From the NCBI RefSeq assembly GCF_009914755.1, contig NC_060937.1: a stretch of DNA of 64,000 bases; one strand, written 5' to 3'. The DNA is from the human T2T-CHM13v2.0 reference genome, Homo sapiens. Positions 14,586 to 32,273 of the stretch are shown here, one piece after another. The notes beneath the pieces were generated by a model, which saw only the letters and a program-made list of their open reading frames with translations, was not told the origin of the DNA and searched no databases. A program made the position numbers and the translations under genes. The first letter of the stretch is position 1. Each line of letters opens with the position of its first letter.

Positions 14586-15339
14586 CATTAAAATTGTTTA
14601 ACAATTTTCTCCAAAGACAGTTTTCAAAGTAAATGAAGAACAACTGCCAGAATGGCCTCAATGCATTCTTAATACAATGCTTTCCTATTAATATACTCCC
14701 ATTAACACAAAATATTTGAGATAGGTAGAGCTTTCATTCATATTGCTTTTAGTGCTTAAGTTTGCAGTAGTAAGAGGCACTGTGAAGCTTGGAACCAAAT
14801 AAAACTGACACCAAAATAATGAAAAACTTGTGTAGATTCATATCACTTCTAATCACAAATAAACTTATAGAACACTAGTCAGTGTTACACAATTATCATA
14901 CCTCATTTACATACTATTTGAAATACGGATACCCCAAAAAGTTAAGAGCATAGTAACTTTGTGGTCTATCTACCATAAATACTAATTTTAAAATTTTTTA
15001 AAAAACATAAATATTCCAGCCCAGGTTTCCACAGACACTATAAAAAGGTCAGAAAAAAATATTTTAAGTTATTGCGAGTCACAAATCATTTCTAATATTC
15101 TTCTTTCTTTTGCAATAACCCTTTAAAAACAGAAGCACCATCAGTATCTCTGTGGTGGAGTAATAAAAACCAGGCAGTAGTCCCAGGCTAGAGCTTGCCA
15201 ACTTACACTCTAGCCAAATTAATTTTATCATGATGCTTCAAGTATGCGATACATACTTTAAGTAACTACTAGAAAAGAAGGTATATTGTCACCTAATGCT
15301 TTTCTATAAGCATAATCTTATGAAACAATAGATGATCTA

Positions 15340-15717
<378 letters not shown>

Positions 15718-16336
15718 TCAAAGAAACCAAATGTTTAAAAAAAAAAAAATTAAGACCTGTGCAAATCTGGGCTTTAATTAGTTAAGATGAAAGAGCTGAC
15801 CATTTTTAAAATATGATAAAGATTTTTTTAAAAAGTCCTCATCTTTTAGAGATACATACTGAAAATAAAATTATATGAAATCAGGTATTTCAAATAACAT
15901 AAATTGGGAAATAAAGTGGTTATACTTAAAGATGTAAAAGATTGGCCATATGTTTATAAGTGTTCACTACAATTCTTCTGTACATGTCTGAAATCTTCCA
16001 AAATAGAGATGTTTCAATATTAGTATGTGGTGAAAATCAGTCAAGTGGAAATGATGTATATATCAAGATTTCTAACTTAATAGCATATGTTTTTTTAAAG
16101 ATCAACCAAAATAATAGGAAAAAATATAACATCCACTTCATAAAACATAGATATCTTCAGAAACTAATTTTACTTTACCACCTATGAGAGGTTAAGAAAA
16201 TCACTAATTTATCAAACATGATGAATTTAGAAAGATTAGAAAAGACTACTGTATAAACCAAAATCTAAAGCATTCTAAATATGCATCATAAACCTGAAAA
16301 TATAAAATCATTTTAGTTAACTAGTAGTTTACTTAC

Positions 16337-16442
16337 ATTTTCCATGTAGTTTGGCTTAAAGCCCTCTTGCTGTCGCCTCAGTTCCTCCTGTTCTCTGTGT
16401 CGGATCATTTCTTCCTCACGCCGCCGATGCTCCTCTTCATGT
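16337..16442 (-). CDS. PSPC1: PSPC1 coding exon (106 nt, probably exon 6): [35 protein letters not shown]
   Basis: Acceptor ATTTTCAG|ACATGAA, donor GAAAAT|GTAAGT (phase 0). I found no next canonical exon (REQEMRM...) in 1-16336, so it should lie left of the window. Confidence 0.97.
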
Positions 16443-17433
16443 CTGAAAATTTTTCAAATAAAAATTTCAGCATCATAACATGTGGGCTGCCATTGGACAT
16501 TTTACTTCATGTAAAATGAAATCATTTATGCAATCATATTATGCCAAACCTGTAATCACGACTGACCACGGCATCCTAAATTTACCTTCCTTCTATGTCA
16601 CTCCAAGCCTTTAATAAATCAAAAAAGCCAAAGAAATAAAGTAACTTAGCTAAGGTAAACCAGAAAAACAAAGTAAAATCATAACTAGGATAGTTATTTG
16701 CGTATATTCAAGAAATTGAGAGTCAAAAAAAGCTGAAACATGTACTCTCTTACTATAGAAAGGAAAAAATCTCAGCCAGCCATGGTGGCTCACACCTGTA
16801 ATCCCAGCACTTTGGGAGGTTGAGGCGAGTACATCACCTGAGGTCGGGAATTCAAGACCTGCCTGGCCAACATGGTGAAACCCCATCTCTACTAAAAATA
16901 CAAAAATTAGCCAGGTGTGTTATAATCCCAGCTACTCGAGAGGCTGAGGCACCAGAATAGGTTGAACTCAGGAGGCAGAGGTTGCAGTGAGCGGAGATCG
17001 CGCCCCTGCACTCCAGACTGGGCAACAGTGAGACCCTGTCTCAGAAAAAAAAAAAAACAAAAAACAAAAAACAAAAAAAAAACAGAAAAAGTCTGAGATC
17101 TACTGATCTATCACTGGCACTGCACAGTTCTTAAAGCCACTCAGAACATATCCAGAGATAAGCCACCTCAAAAAACCACAATGCCTAGACAAAAATCCTA
17201 TTTCCAAAAGGAAGCCTTACCAACTCCTCCCTCCCCATATTCATCAACCCACTGAAAGAAATCCCCTGAAGCAGGTGTCAGTCCACAATCTGCTTTTAGA
17301 AATTACGTGTTATAGCATAAACATTTACATTACTGTCTATGGTTACTTTTAAGAGGAAAAATCTATATAGTAATATTGAAGTAACAGACTCACATTATAT
17401 TGGCATTTAAACCAATGCAAATTCAAATATACA

Positions 17434-17980
17434 CAGGTTGAGTTTCCCTAAACCAAAAATCTGAAAGCATTCTTGAATCTTTCTAAACCTGAAATGCTCC
17501 AAAATCTGGATTTGTTGTTGTTGTTGTTGTTGTTGAGACAGGGTCTTACTCTGTCACCCATGCTGGAGTGTCCCAATCTCAGCTCAGCTCACTGCAGCCT
17601 TGACCTCCCAGGCTCAAGCAATCCTCCAATCTTAGCCTCCCAAGTAGCTGGGACTACGGGCACGTGCCACTATGTCCAGATAATGTTTTGTACTTTTGTA
17701 GAGACAGGGTCTTGCCATGTTGCCCAGACTGGTCTTAAACTCCTGGGCTCAAGTGGTCTGCCTGCCTCAATCTCCCAAAGTGCTGGGATTACAGGCGTGA
17801 GCCCCAACACCCCGGCTGGAACTTCCTGATAGCCAACATGATGTTTAAAAAAATGCTCACTGGGGCATTTCAGATTTAGGATGCTCACCTGGTAAACACA
17901 ATGCAAATACTGAAAATGTGAAAAAATCCAAAATACTTATTCTGGTGTTAAACACGTCCCATAATGGATACTCAAGGTGT
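17434..17980. mobile_element. Tigger4a/MER46A-like MITE with an internal antisense Alu (~17512-17818)
   Basis: Terminal inverted repeat CAGGTTGAGTTTCCC ... GGATACTCAAG; AAATGCTCCAAAATCTG. Confidence 0.7.
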
Positions 17981-18767
17981 ATGCCCTCCACCAATAAAAC
18001 TGCAAAAGTAATTTATATAGTGAAGGCTATATAAAGCTGATGCCCCATTATTAGGTCTCGTTTTCCAGATTACTCTTATAACGTACTTTTCCTACATTTA
18101 GAATTGCAAATCCTCAAATTTCAAGATACCTTGTTCTTGTTTGTTGCACAACACTCCCGCTAAATCTGAGTCCACTAATTCAAAGATATGGTGATTTCTT
18201 CTATTACCAGAGAAAAAACTCAGAACTTCATGTCAGACAACATGAACAAAAATGTTCCTAAGGGATTTCACGCAAAATCTGGACTATTTTAAGATTGTTG
18301 TCTTACTCTCTATACAACTCTTAGTATAATCCTTAAAAATAATCTTTAAGTAAACTGGTTAATCCATTTCCTGGATATTAACACATTTCATATATTTTAC
18401 TGTGAAGAAAGTACTTCACATTCATGGGTGTGGGTGGCGATGGGAAGATCCAATAAAGGTCAAATGTGTTGAAATTCAGTTTTTCTCATTTTAAAAAGGG
18501 TCAATATACTCATAATATACCAATACTACTTATAAAAAGAGTCAATATACTAATAATATACTTATATGCTCAGTGGGATCTGGGGCAGCACCCCATAATC
18601 AACCACATTAATATTTCTGCAGTAAGATAAAACATTCACACTCTGGAGGTAATAAAGGTTTCACATAACAGGAGTTCAGATCAACTTTTGCCATCAAATG
18701 GATTCACGTCAGATTGCCACCTGAATGAGGATACATAGAAAAACTTTTGGCAGGGCGCGGTGGCTCA

Positions 18768-19259
<492 letters not shown>

Positions 19260-19535
19260 TCAAGGACACATTAATCAGTTATAAATGGGAGACAAGGTTC
19301 ACTGACACCTTGGGAGACAAGAAACACATCTGTTACAGAGGTGGATTACTATCTACTGGCATGAAAGAATGTCTGCGATGCAAATGTCAGGAAAAAGGGC
19401 AAGTAAAAGAATGGTATTGCTATTACTGCTTTTAAAAACCATTTTTATGGCCGAATTTGGTGGCTCACACCTGTAATCCCAGGATTACTGGGATTACTTT
19501 GGGAGGTGGAGGCAGAAGCGAAGGTGGGAGGATCA

Positions 19536-20128
<593 letters not shown>

Positions 20129-21930
20129 TTAGGGGAACAGGAGCATTGCCCTTACGATTATACCACACAGAAGATTCTATAATCTAAATTTAATGACAGC
20201 ATACAGAAACATTCCTGTTGTCCATATATGTTTGCTTTCAATTATTTCTACTCCACAAATGCTTTAATGACCACCTTTATAATTATACAAATTACCTCTT
20301 CAGGTCAAGGATTGCTTTCTAGGTTATATTCACAAATGGAACTACTAAGGAGAGGAGAACTAGTAATTATGACAAATTTTAAACCTTCACGTTACATTTA
20401 ATTGAAAACTAATAAAATTTCAATTTTACAATTTGTTTTATTTTGAGGCCCATTAATTATTTACAGGTCTCAAATATTCTTGCAGGATTCTGAAAGACGC
20501 CTACTGGATGAAACCTCCTTGCTGTTATTGTTCAGCACTATGGCTCCACATCCAACACAGAGCCCAAGACAGAAGAAGGGCTTTATAATAATTCGCTAAA
20601 TGACTTAAGAAAGGAAGTGGGGGCCAGGCGCACTGGCTCACGCCTGTAATCCCAGCACTTTGGGAGGCCAAGGCCGGCAGATCACCTGAGGTCAGGAGTT
20701 CGAGACGAGCCTGGCCAACATGGTGAAACCCTGTCTCTACTACAACTACAAAAACTAGCCTGGCGTGGTGGCAGGTGCCTGTAATCCCAGTTACTTGGGA
20801 GGCTAAGGCAGCAGAATCTCTTGAACCCGGGAGGCAGAGGTTACAGTGAGTCAAGATTGCACCACTGTACTCCAGCCTGGGCGAAAGAGCAAGATTCCTT
20901 CTCAAAAAAAAAATAAGAAGAATATAAAAATTAGCCGGGCGTGGTGGCGTGCACTTTTAATTCCAGCTACTCAGGAGGCCGAGGCAGGAGAATCACTTGA
21001 ACCTGGGAAGTGGAGGTTGCCGTGAGCCGAGATCACACCACTGCATTACAGCCTGAGCGACAGAGCGAGACTCCGTCTCAAAAAATCAAACAAACAAACA
21101 AACAAAAAAAACAAAGAAAGGAAGGAAGTGGGGCCGGGTGCGGTGGCTCATGCTTGCAATCCCAGCGCTTTGGGAGGACAAGGTGGGCTGATCATCTGAG
21201 GTCAAGGGTTTGCGACCAGCTTGGCCAACATGGTAAAACCACGTCTCGACTAAAAATACAAAAATTAGCCAGGCAGGGTGGTGGGCGCCTATAATCCCAG
21301 CTACTCGGGAGGCTGAGGCAGGAGAATCACTTGAACCGAAGAGGCAGAGGTTGCAGCGACCGAGATCGCGCCACCGCACTCCAGCCTGGGCGACAAGAAC
21401 GAAACTCTGTCTCAAAAAACAAACCAAAGAAACGAAGTGGGTAGGTGAGTAAATGGGTGGAAAGAGAAGGAATGAAGGAATAAGTGAACAAACAAAACAA
21501 AGGAATAACTACTAAGTGGTCAAGTCACAGACTGAACCAGTTCATGTAAGCCCCTCATCCTGGTCTTCCTTTGGTACCTGCCACAACCTCTGAAGAATTA
21601 AGTTACCTATGAAAAACTAAATAATTTATTTATAGCATTGAAAGTAAAACCAGAAACTTGTGTACTCCAAATACATTTCTCCCAAAATGTACTGTCCTAG
21701 GCCAGTTTTTCTATCTTCCAACTAAAGTAAAGCACAAAGGCAGAATTCAGACTATTTGGCTTGTTAACAAATAAAGCTATCTTACTTGGCAGCAGCCTCA
21801 GCCAGATAAATCTCTTCAGTTTAATTGTGACAATTTTCTTCATTTGCTCCATCTTGCAAATATATATGAGTTCCCAGACATAATCTTTTTTTCTTTCCTT
21901 TATACATACTGCAAAACTACTCAAAAAAAA

Positions 21931-22221
21931 AATTTTTTTTTTGAGACGCAGTCCCCTCTGTCACCCAGGCTGGAGTGCAGTGGCGCCATCTCTGCTCACT
22001 GCAAGCTACGCCTCCTGGGTTCAAGCCATTCTCCTGCCTCAGACTCCGAGTAGCTGGGACTACAGGCGCCCGCCACCACGTCCGGCTAATTTTTTGTATT
22101 TTTAGTAAAGACAGGGTTTCACCGTGTTAGCTAGGATGGTCTCGATCTCCTGACCTTGTGATCCGCCTGCCTCGGCCTCCCAAAGTGCTGGGATTACAGG
22201 CATGAGCCACCGTGCCCGGCC
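21931..22221 (-). mobile_element. Full-length AluY-type element
   Basis: Diagnostic CACTGCAAGCT, CCATTCTCCTG and CCGTGTTAG; TSD AAAACTACTCAA. Confidence 0.9.
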
Positions 22222-22503
22222 AAAAACTACTCAATTTTAAGGCAAGTTGTTCACACTTCTTAAATCAAGATTCTTACAGCTAATTTCAAAAGAAACTCCC
22301 CAGCCACCAGGAAAAACTAAGATTGTAACAGATTTATTACTGCCTGTATTTACTAGAATTTGGTCAAACATAAAGGTTACCCGTCAAATTATCACCTTAT
22401 ATTGAGATATTTTCAGTTAATTGAATTTTAGATTAAATCTGATGCCCCTGTATACTGAGATTACATAATAAAAAAAATCACGCAATAAAAAATTACATCT
22501 TCA

Positions 22504-22855
<352 letters not shown>

Positions 22856-22859
22856 TCAG

Positions 22860-23820
22860 CAACGTATCCTCTATGTGCCTCACGAGCTTCCCCTAATATT
22901 AACCCCTTGTATAACCATAGTACAAAATTATGAAAACCAGGAATGAATACTGGCACAATATTATAATTAACTATAGACATTACTAAAATTTCACCAGTTT
23001 CCTCACTAATTTTTTTTTAAAGAGATAGGGTCTTCCTATGTTTTTTGTTTGTTTGCTTGCTTGTTTATTTGTTTTAAGAGACAGGGTCTTGCTATGTTTC
23101 TGAGGCTGGAGTGCAGTGGCTATTCACAGGCGCTATCCCACTACTAATCAGCACGGGAGTTTTTACCTACTCCATTTCTGACTTGGGCCAGTTCACCCCT
23201 CTTTAGGTAACCTGGTAGTCCCCTGCTCCCAGAAGGTCACCATATTGATGCCAAACTTAATGCGGACATCCAATCGACATAGTGCATTACAGCCCAGAAC
23301 TCCTGGGTTCAAGCAATCCGCCCACCTCAGCCTCCTAAGTAGCTGGGACCACAGGCCCACTAACACCTTTCTTCTGTTCCAATACCTTATCCAGAATCCC
23401 ACATTGCATTTAGTCGTTATTTCTCCTTAGTCTCCAACAGTCTGTAACAGTTCAGTCTTTCTATCTTTCATGAACCTGACACTATTAAAGAGAACTGATT
23501 ATTTTGTAGAATGTCCTTGAATTTGGGTTTGTTTTTTCTCATAACTGGAATGATTATGCATATCTGGTAAGAATATCACAGAAATAATGTTATATCCCAT
23601 TCAGTGAATCATATCAAGGGGCTCCTGATGTTAACTGTCTTATTACAGGTGATATGAAATTTAGTGTTTGGTTATGGTGGTGTCTACTGGGTTTCTCCCT
23701 TTAAATTTAATATTTTTTCCATTTGTATACAAATTTGAGACTATGCAAAAACCCTGTTTCTCAAGTTTTGCCCACCAACTTTGGTATCCATCAAAAAAGC
23801 TTGTCTGTAGCAATTATTAT
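22860..23820 (-). mobile_element. Old L1MC/L1ME-like fragment hosting the 7SL pseudogene
   Basis: CCCACATTGCATTTAGTCGTTATTTCTCCTTAG, ATTTTGTAGAATGTCC and TTTGAGACTATGCAAA are typical of antisense L1M 3' ends. Confidence 0.6.
23077..23356 (-). pseudogene. 7SL (SRP) RNA pseudogene, slightly 5'-truncated, RN7SL-type
   Basis: The reverse complement contains the 7SL S-domain (GGCATCAATATGGTGACCTTCTGGGAGCAGGGGACTACCAGGTTACCTAAAGAGGGGTGAAC), which Alu lacks, flanked by Alu-domain ends and an A-rich tail. Confidence 0.93.
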
Positions 23821-24402
23821 TAAAGATCGAGGCACCAGTTATGTTCATTGTTACTGAAGCTTCTAGGGCCTCTCAGTAGAAAAAGCCATAAAATACAGCA
23901 TATGGGGCAGGCATGGTGGCACATGCCTGTAATATCAGCGCTTTCGGAGGCTGAGGCAGGAAAGATCACTTGAGGCCAGGAGTTTGATACCAGCCTAAGC
24001 AACATAGCATAATCCCATCTCTATAAAAAAATAAAAATTAAAAAATTAGCTGGGTGTGGTGGTAAACACCTATAGTCCCAGCTACTTGGGAGGCTAAGGC
24101 AGGATTGTTTGAGCTCAGGAGTTCGAGGTTACAGTCAGCTATGATTGAGACACTGCACTTCAGCCTGAGTGACAGGGCAAGACCTTGTCTCTTAAATAAT
24201 TTTTTTAAATTAAAAATAAAATACAGTATATGTATACATATTAACCCATACATAAACACACATCTATATTTCTGCATGTATTTGTCAATATTAAACACCA
24301 CAGAGTTCATACCTCTGATTCAAATCACACTCACACAGGATTTTAAGTTTAGCCGTTCATCTTTCTCTAATGATGAGAAATTTGAGTCTCATTATCCACA
24401 AT

Positions 24403-25143
24403 ATACAGTCATACCTTGGTATGTGCAGGGGATTGGTTCCAGAACCTCCCCCAGATACCAGAATCCACTGATGCTCAACTCCCTGACATATGGTGTAGTA
24501 TTCGCATATAACCTATGCACATCCTCCTACACACTTAAAAGCATCTCTACTTATAATACCTAATACAATGTAAAGACTATGTAAACAGCACTGTTTACAG
24601 AGAACGACAAGTAACAAAAAGTCCTCCTACACACTTAAAAGCATCTCTAGATTACTTATAATACCTAACACAATATAAAGGCTATGTAAATAGTTGTTAT
24701 ACTGCACGGTTTAGAGAATGACAAGTTAGCCGGGTGCAGTGGCTCACGCCTGTAATCCCAGCACTTTGGGAGGCTGAGGCGGGAGGATCACGAGGTCACG
24801 AGTTCGAGACCATCCTGGCTAACACGGTGAAACCCCGTCTCTACTAAAAATACAAAAAAATAGCCAGGCATGGTGGCACGCGTCTATAGTCCCAGCTACT
24901 TGGGAGGCTGAGGCAGGAGAATGGCGTGAACTCGGAGGCGAAGCTTGCAGTGAGCCGAGATTGCGCCACTGCACTCCAGCCTGGGCGACAGAGCGAGACT
25001 CCATCTCAAAAAAAAAAAAAAAAGAGAATGACAAGTTTAAAAAGTCTGTTAATGTTAGTATATACACAATTTTTCCCCAGATATTATCAATCCACAGTTG
25101 GCTGAATCCATAGATGTAGAACCCACAGATACAAAAGACTGTA
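24403..25143. mobile_element. MER2 (Tigger) with an internal ~100-bp tandem duplication and an AluY insertion (24728-25022)
   Basis: TACAGTCATACCTTGGTATGTGCAGGGGATTGGTTCCAG ... GAACCCACAGATACAAAAGACTGTA; AluY TSD AGAGAATGACAAGTT. Confidence 0.85.
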
Positions 25144-25738
25144 GGTACTAATCTGTTCATGTAACGTATACACACAAAGTGGTTTCAGAACTACTAGCCC
25201 ATATGCCTAACTAGCTTACAGAATTTATGTATGGTTCTTATCATTAGTATTATGATATCCAGTCAACACACTATTTTCCAGTTATTTAGGTTCCTTGTTT
25301 TCTTCCCTACCCCCTTTCAATGTGATGATGTTATTCATTTGTAAGACAATTAGGTTAATTTCTTGTATTTTTGTATCCTATTTTGGAATCCACCCCTCAT
25401 ATTGTTTGGTTTTAATGATTTATTTTTTGCTTACATGAGGGGTAGGTATAATTTCAAAAAGCCTAGCTGTCATCTCTAAGTTTTAAGAGGAAAAAGCTAG
25501 ATTCAGGTAAGCCTTTATGTTAGGGGAGAGGAGGTTTCGTTGTCTTTGTTAAAAATAGAAAAGATCTGGCCGGGCGTGGTGGCTCACACCTGTAATCCCA
25601 GCACTTTGGGAGGCCGAGGCAGGTAGATCACCTGAGGACGGGAGTTCAAGACCAGCCTGGCCAACATGGTGAAGCCCCATCTCTACTAAAAATACAAAAT
25701 AAGGTGGGCATGGTGGCGCAAGCCTGTAATCCCAGCTA

Positions 25739-25888
<150 letters not shown>

Positions 25889-25983
25889 CTATATAAAAAG
25901 GAAAAAAGAAAAGTTTTAAAAAAGGTTCCTGAGGAAGGCACATTCATGATGTTGAGAGTTGTTTAAAAAAAAAAAAAAAAAAA

Positions 25984-26552
<569 letters not shown>

Positions 26553-26937
26553 TCACCTATCTGTAGACCAGAGAAGCTTCAAATTTGTTCACGGTTTTTC
26601 ACTTTTTTCTTTACTTTTACTTCCCCATGAACACCTTATTTTCTTATCACAAGCACCTTACATTTTTAAAGCAAATACTATTTTCAAAAACAGATTTCTA
26701 CATTTGCTTTAACTATCATAGCTTTGTTTATAATATTTCCTAACTAGTATGATTTTTGAACCTTTGAAGAGTAATGTTTATACCATTATATTTTGCAATT
26801 AAACACCACAGGCACAAGGTGAGCTATCAATGTGGGTTTATATATCTTGAATTAACCACTCTCTCAAACATCCTTACTTAAACCTAAAAGATTTCAAGCT
26901 GACCATCACGATTGTCTATTATGTACTGAGATTTTAA

Positions 26938-27354
<417 letters not shown>

Positions 27355-27666
27355 TAAATAAGAGCAACGCAAATATATCCATCTCTGGAAAAATGGATAT
27401 TCACAGCATATTCTTATAATAAATTACATATAATAATACCTAAAACCCTTGTTTAACTTCAAAGTTTAGCATTCAAAGTGCCCTTAACCAGCTAAAAACC
27501 AGCAAAGAATTATGCTACATTATGAAGTAATTCACTGTATGTGGTTAAAATGGGCAATTTTTCTATTTTTCCTGTGATACTCAACTTATACAACTTGTAA
27601 CAGGTTGTGGGGAGTTTTTATTAATAAGACATACAATTCATGTTTCTTAAAATGATCTTCTTTTAC

Positions 27667-27751
27667 CTTAGTTGTATTTGCTTCCGTTTTTGCAACTCTT
27701 GGTTTCTGAGTTCTTCCAAGCGTCTGAGTTCTTCTTGACGCCTCATTAGAT
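27667..27751 (-). CDS. PSPC1: PSPC1 coding exon (85 nt, probably exon 5): [29 protein letters not shown], coiled-coil
   Basis: Acceptor ATTTTATAG|ATCTAATG, donor CTAAG|GTAAAA; DBHS motif [11 protein letters not shown]. Confidence 0.97.
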
Positions 27752-28127
27752 CTATAAAATAATGACTGCACATTAATATTTTTAGTTTCCCTTTCCATAT
27801 TTTTATACCAATAAGCATAGAAGTTCTCTATCACTGGCAATATATTGGTATATTACTCATTTTATAATAATGTAAGCTGGGTAATTAAATAAATATCCTT
27901 TCTGAGCACGTTTCTTCACGTATATAAAAAAGAGTATTCAAGTTCATTCTTGGCCAGGTGCGGTGGCCCACGCCTACAATCCCAGTAATTTGGGAGGCCA
28001 AGGCAGGCGTATCACTCGAGGCCAGGAGTTTGAGACCAGCCTGGCCAACAAGGCAAAACCCCAACTCTACCAAAACTACAAAAATTAGCTGGGCATGGTG
28101 GCGCGCGCCTGTAGTCCCAGCTACTCA

Positions 28128-28412
<285 letters not shown>

Positions 28413-28557
28413 TCAAGAAATTAAAATAGGTAGGCTGGCTTGTGCCTGTAATCCCAGCACTTTGGGAGGCCGAGGCAGGCGGATCACTTCGGCCGAGGAG
28501 TTCGAGACCAGCCTGAGTAACACAGTGAAACCCTGTCTACAAAAAATACAAAAATCA

Positions 28558-28923
<366 letters not shown>

Positions 28924-30115
28924 TTAAGAACCAGACCAAACAGGAATCATGACATAAAACCCAAGGAACCTCCCTCGCAACACGATTAGCATGAAATTCC
29001 TCCCTAACTAAGCCAATGTCTTACGAAGAAGAGGAGTGAGGAGACAATTCTTCAAAGAAGAAAGCAAAGATAAATGCTGATATAAACAAGACTTTTCAAC
29101 AACAAAAAAGCATTTCCACTATCACCAATCCCTGCCATATCAAGAATGGGGGGGTTCCAGAGTAAGATAATGAAAAGTACATTTGTATTGCACATCTAAG
29201 AAGTAGTGTATAAACTTTCCACGTTAAAAATCTCCAAAGCTAAAAATCTTTGTGTGTGATTTTGTATAAAATTATGTATGTATATATGCATATATTTTAA
29301 AATAATAAAATGTTAAAATACTCTGGATGGCACAATTGCTGGTTGCTTTTATTTTCCTTTTCTCTTTATATCTGAAATGTCTAAAGTGAACAAATTACCT
29401 CAACTGAATGTTTCTTAATAAACACCTGTACTCAAGAGTTGACTCATATAATACTACAGCTAAAGTTAATCTAAGGTACCAATAACCCAAACTTCATAAC
29501 AATAGCAAGACAGGCATCATAACCATAACAAGGTAAATATTGTTCTCCCCATTTTACAGATTAAAAACAGACATTTATAAATTATGCAAAAAAAAAGGAT
29601 TCAGACAGATTATAAAGTTGCTCCAGCTATTACATGATTCAACTGGGATGCCAGGCCAAACCTCTCCTTATTCCAAAGCTCTTTCAAAAAAGTATGCCAA
29701 ACCTAGTTGATCAGACTCAATTGGAAAACTTAAAAATATGCATTTGGGGATGTTGCTAAGAAAAGTCTGTTTTGGTATATGAGACAGGGCCCAGGTAGTT
29801 CTCATAATAGGCCCATAGAGAAAACACTTGATTATCTGAAAAATGTTAAACATGACCGCAATTATTTCGAACCTTTATAACATAATTCTCAACCTTAAAT
29901 ACTCATTAGAATTACTTAAATACCTGACCAGTATTTAAGTAATGGCTCACACCTGTAATCCCAGCACTTTGGGAGGCTGAGGCAGGCGGATCACCTGAGG
30001 TCGGGAGTTGGAGGCCAGCCTGACCAACATGGAGAAACCCCGTCTCTACTAAAAACACAAAAATTAGCCAGGCGTGGTGGCGCATGCCTGTAATCAGAGC
30101 TACTCAGGAGGCTTA

Positions 30116-30211
<96 letters not shown>

Positions 30212-30234
30212 TCAAAAACAAAAAAATTACTTAA

Positions 30235-30378
<144 letters not shown>

Positions 30379-30612
30379 TGACAGGCTTTTAACCTCTCAG
30401 ATCTTATCACCTTACTTGTAACACTGGTATAATTAGCTCAAAGGCTCCAACAATGAAATTATCAAATAAGCACAATTACCTAATACTTAAAAGAACTATA
30501 AACTTAAAACTACCATTTTATGTTGACTAAATTATATATTTTTTAAAGTTCCTAATACCCAAAGTTCCTGATATTTCACTAAAGCTTATACATCTGTACA
30601 CTGCCATGATAA

Positions 30613-30904
<292 letters not shown>

Positions 30905-31724
30905 TGATCCACCCGCCTTGGCCTTCCAAAGTGCTGGGATTAAAGGCGTGAGCCACCGCGCCCGGCCCAACTAGAGATGTCTTTATCTTTTGATCCAGGA
31001 AATTACACTCAGGAATTTTTCTTAATAAAATAAAGCCATCTACAGTCATGAAGGCATCATCTACCGTATTACTTATTACTTACTAAACCAAATGACACTT
31101 TGAAATGCTTTCCTGGCTGGGCACAGTGGCTTACCAAAGTGGGAGGCTGCCTCGGCCTCCGAAAGTAATCCCAGCACTTTGGGAGGCTGAGGCGGGTGGA
31201 TCACTTGAGGTCAGGAGTTTGAGACCTGCCTGGCCAACATGGCAAAATACTGTCTCTATTAAAACTACAAAAATAAGCCGGGCATGGTGGCACACGCCTG
31301 TAGTCCCAGCTACTCAAGGAGGATGAGGCAGAAGAATCACTTGAACCTGGGAGGCACAGGTTGCAGTGAGCAGAGATTATGCCAACGCAGTCCAGCCTGG
31401 GTGACACAGCAAGACTGTCTCAAATTAATTAATTAATTAAAATGCTGTCCTAACAAATTTAATGATAAAATTACATGAAATTATATGCTATAATTTCAAT
31501 GTATCATAAATACAGGTACAGAAAAAAGGAATATAAACAAACTAAAATTTTGATTTGCTAGACTGTAAGACAGTGTTTTCTCAATTTAAAATTGCACAAG
31601 TCATGAAAACTGAATGTATAACTTCTGATCTAACAATTTTATTTTCTAAAAATACTAGTCTCTTTATTTTTCTTTCAGTTTTTATTTTACCGCTGATCTG
31701 TCCAGATTTATGACACTGAATTAA

Positions 31725-31929
<205 letters not shown>

Positions 31930-32078
31930 TAGCCAGGATGGTCTCGATCTCCTGTCGGCATTAATGTTCTTTAATCATAAACCTCACATGTATTTAAATC
32001 CTAATATCTCAAGTAGGTTCAGGCATGACTGTTCTGTTCTTCACTTATGTGATGTTTATCCTCTGTTGATTTCTTTAA

Positions 32079-32273
<195 letters not shown>

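Noticed and set aside
24105-24563. Longest ORF in the track (152 aa, plus strand)
   Set aside because: Chimera of Alu, L1-derived and MER2 sequence with no domain signature.
27586-27840. 84-aa ORF overlapping exon 5 (likewise the 37399-37614 plus-strand ORF over exon 4)
   Set aside because: Wrong frame or antisense shadow of the real exons.
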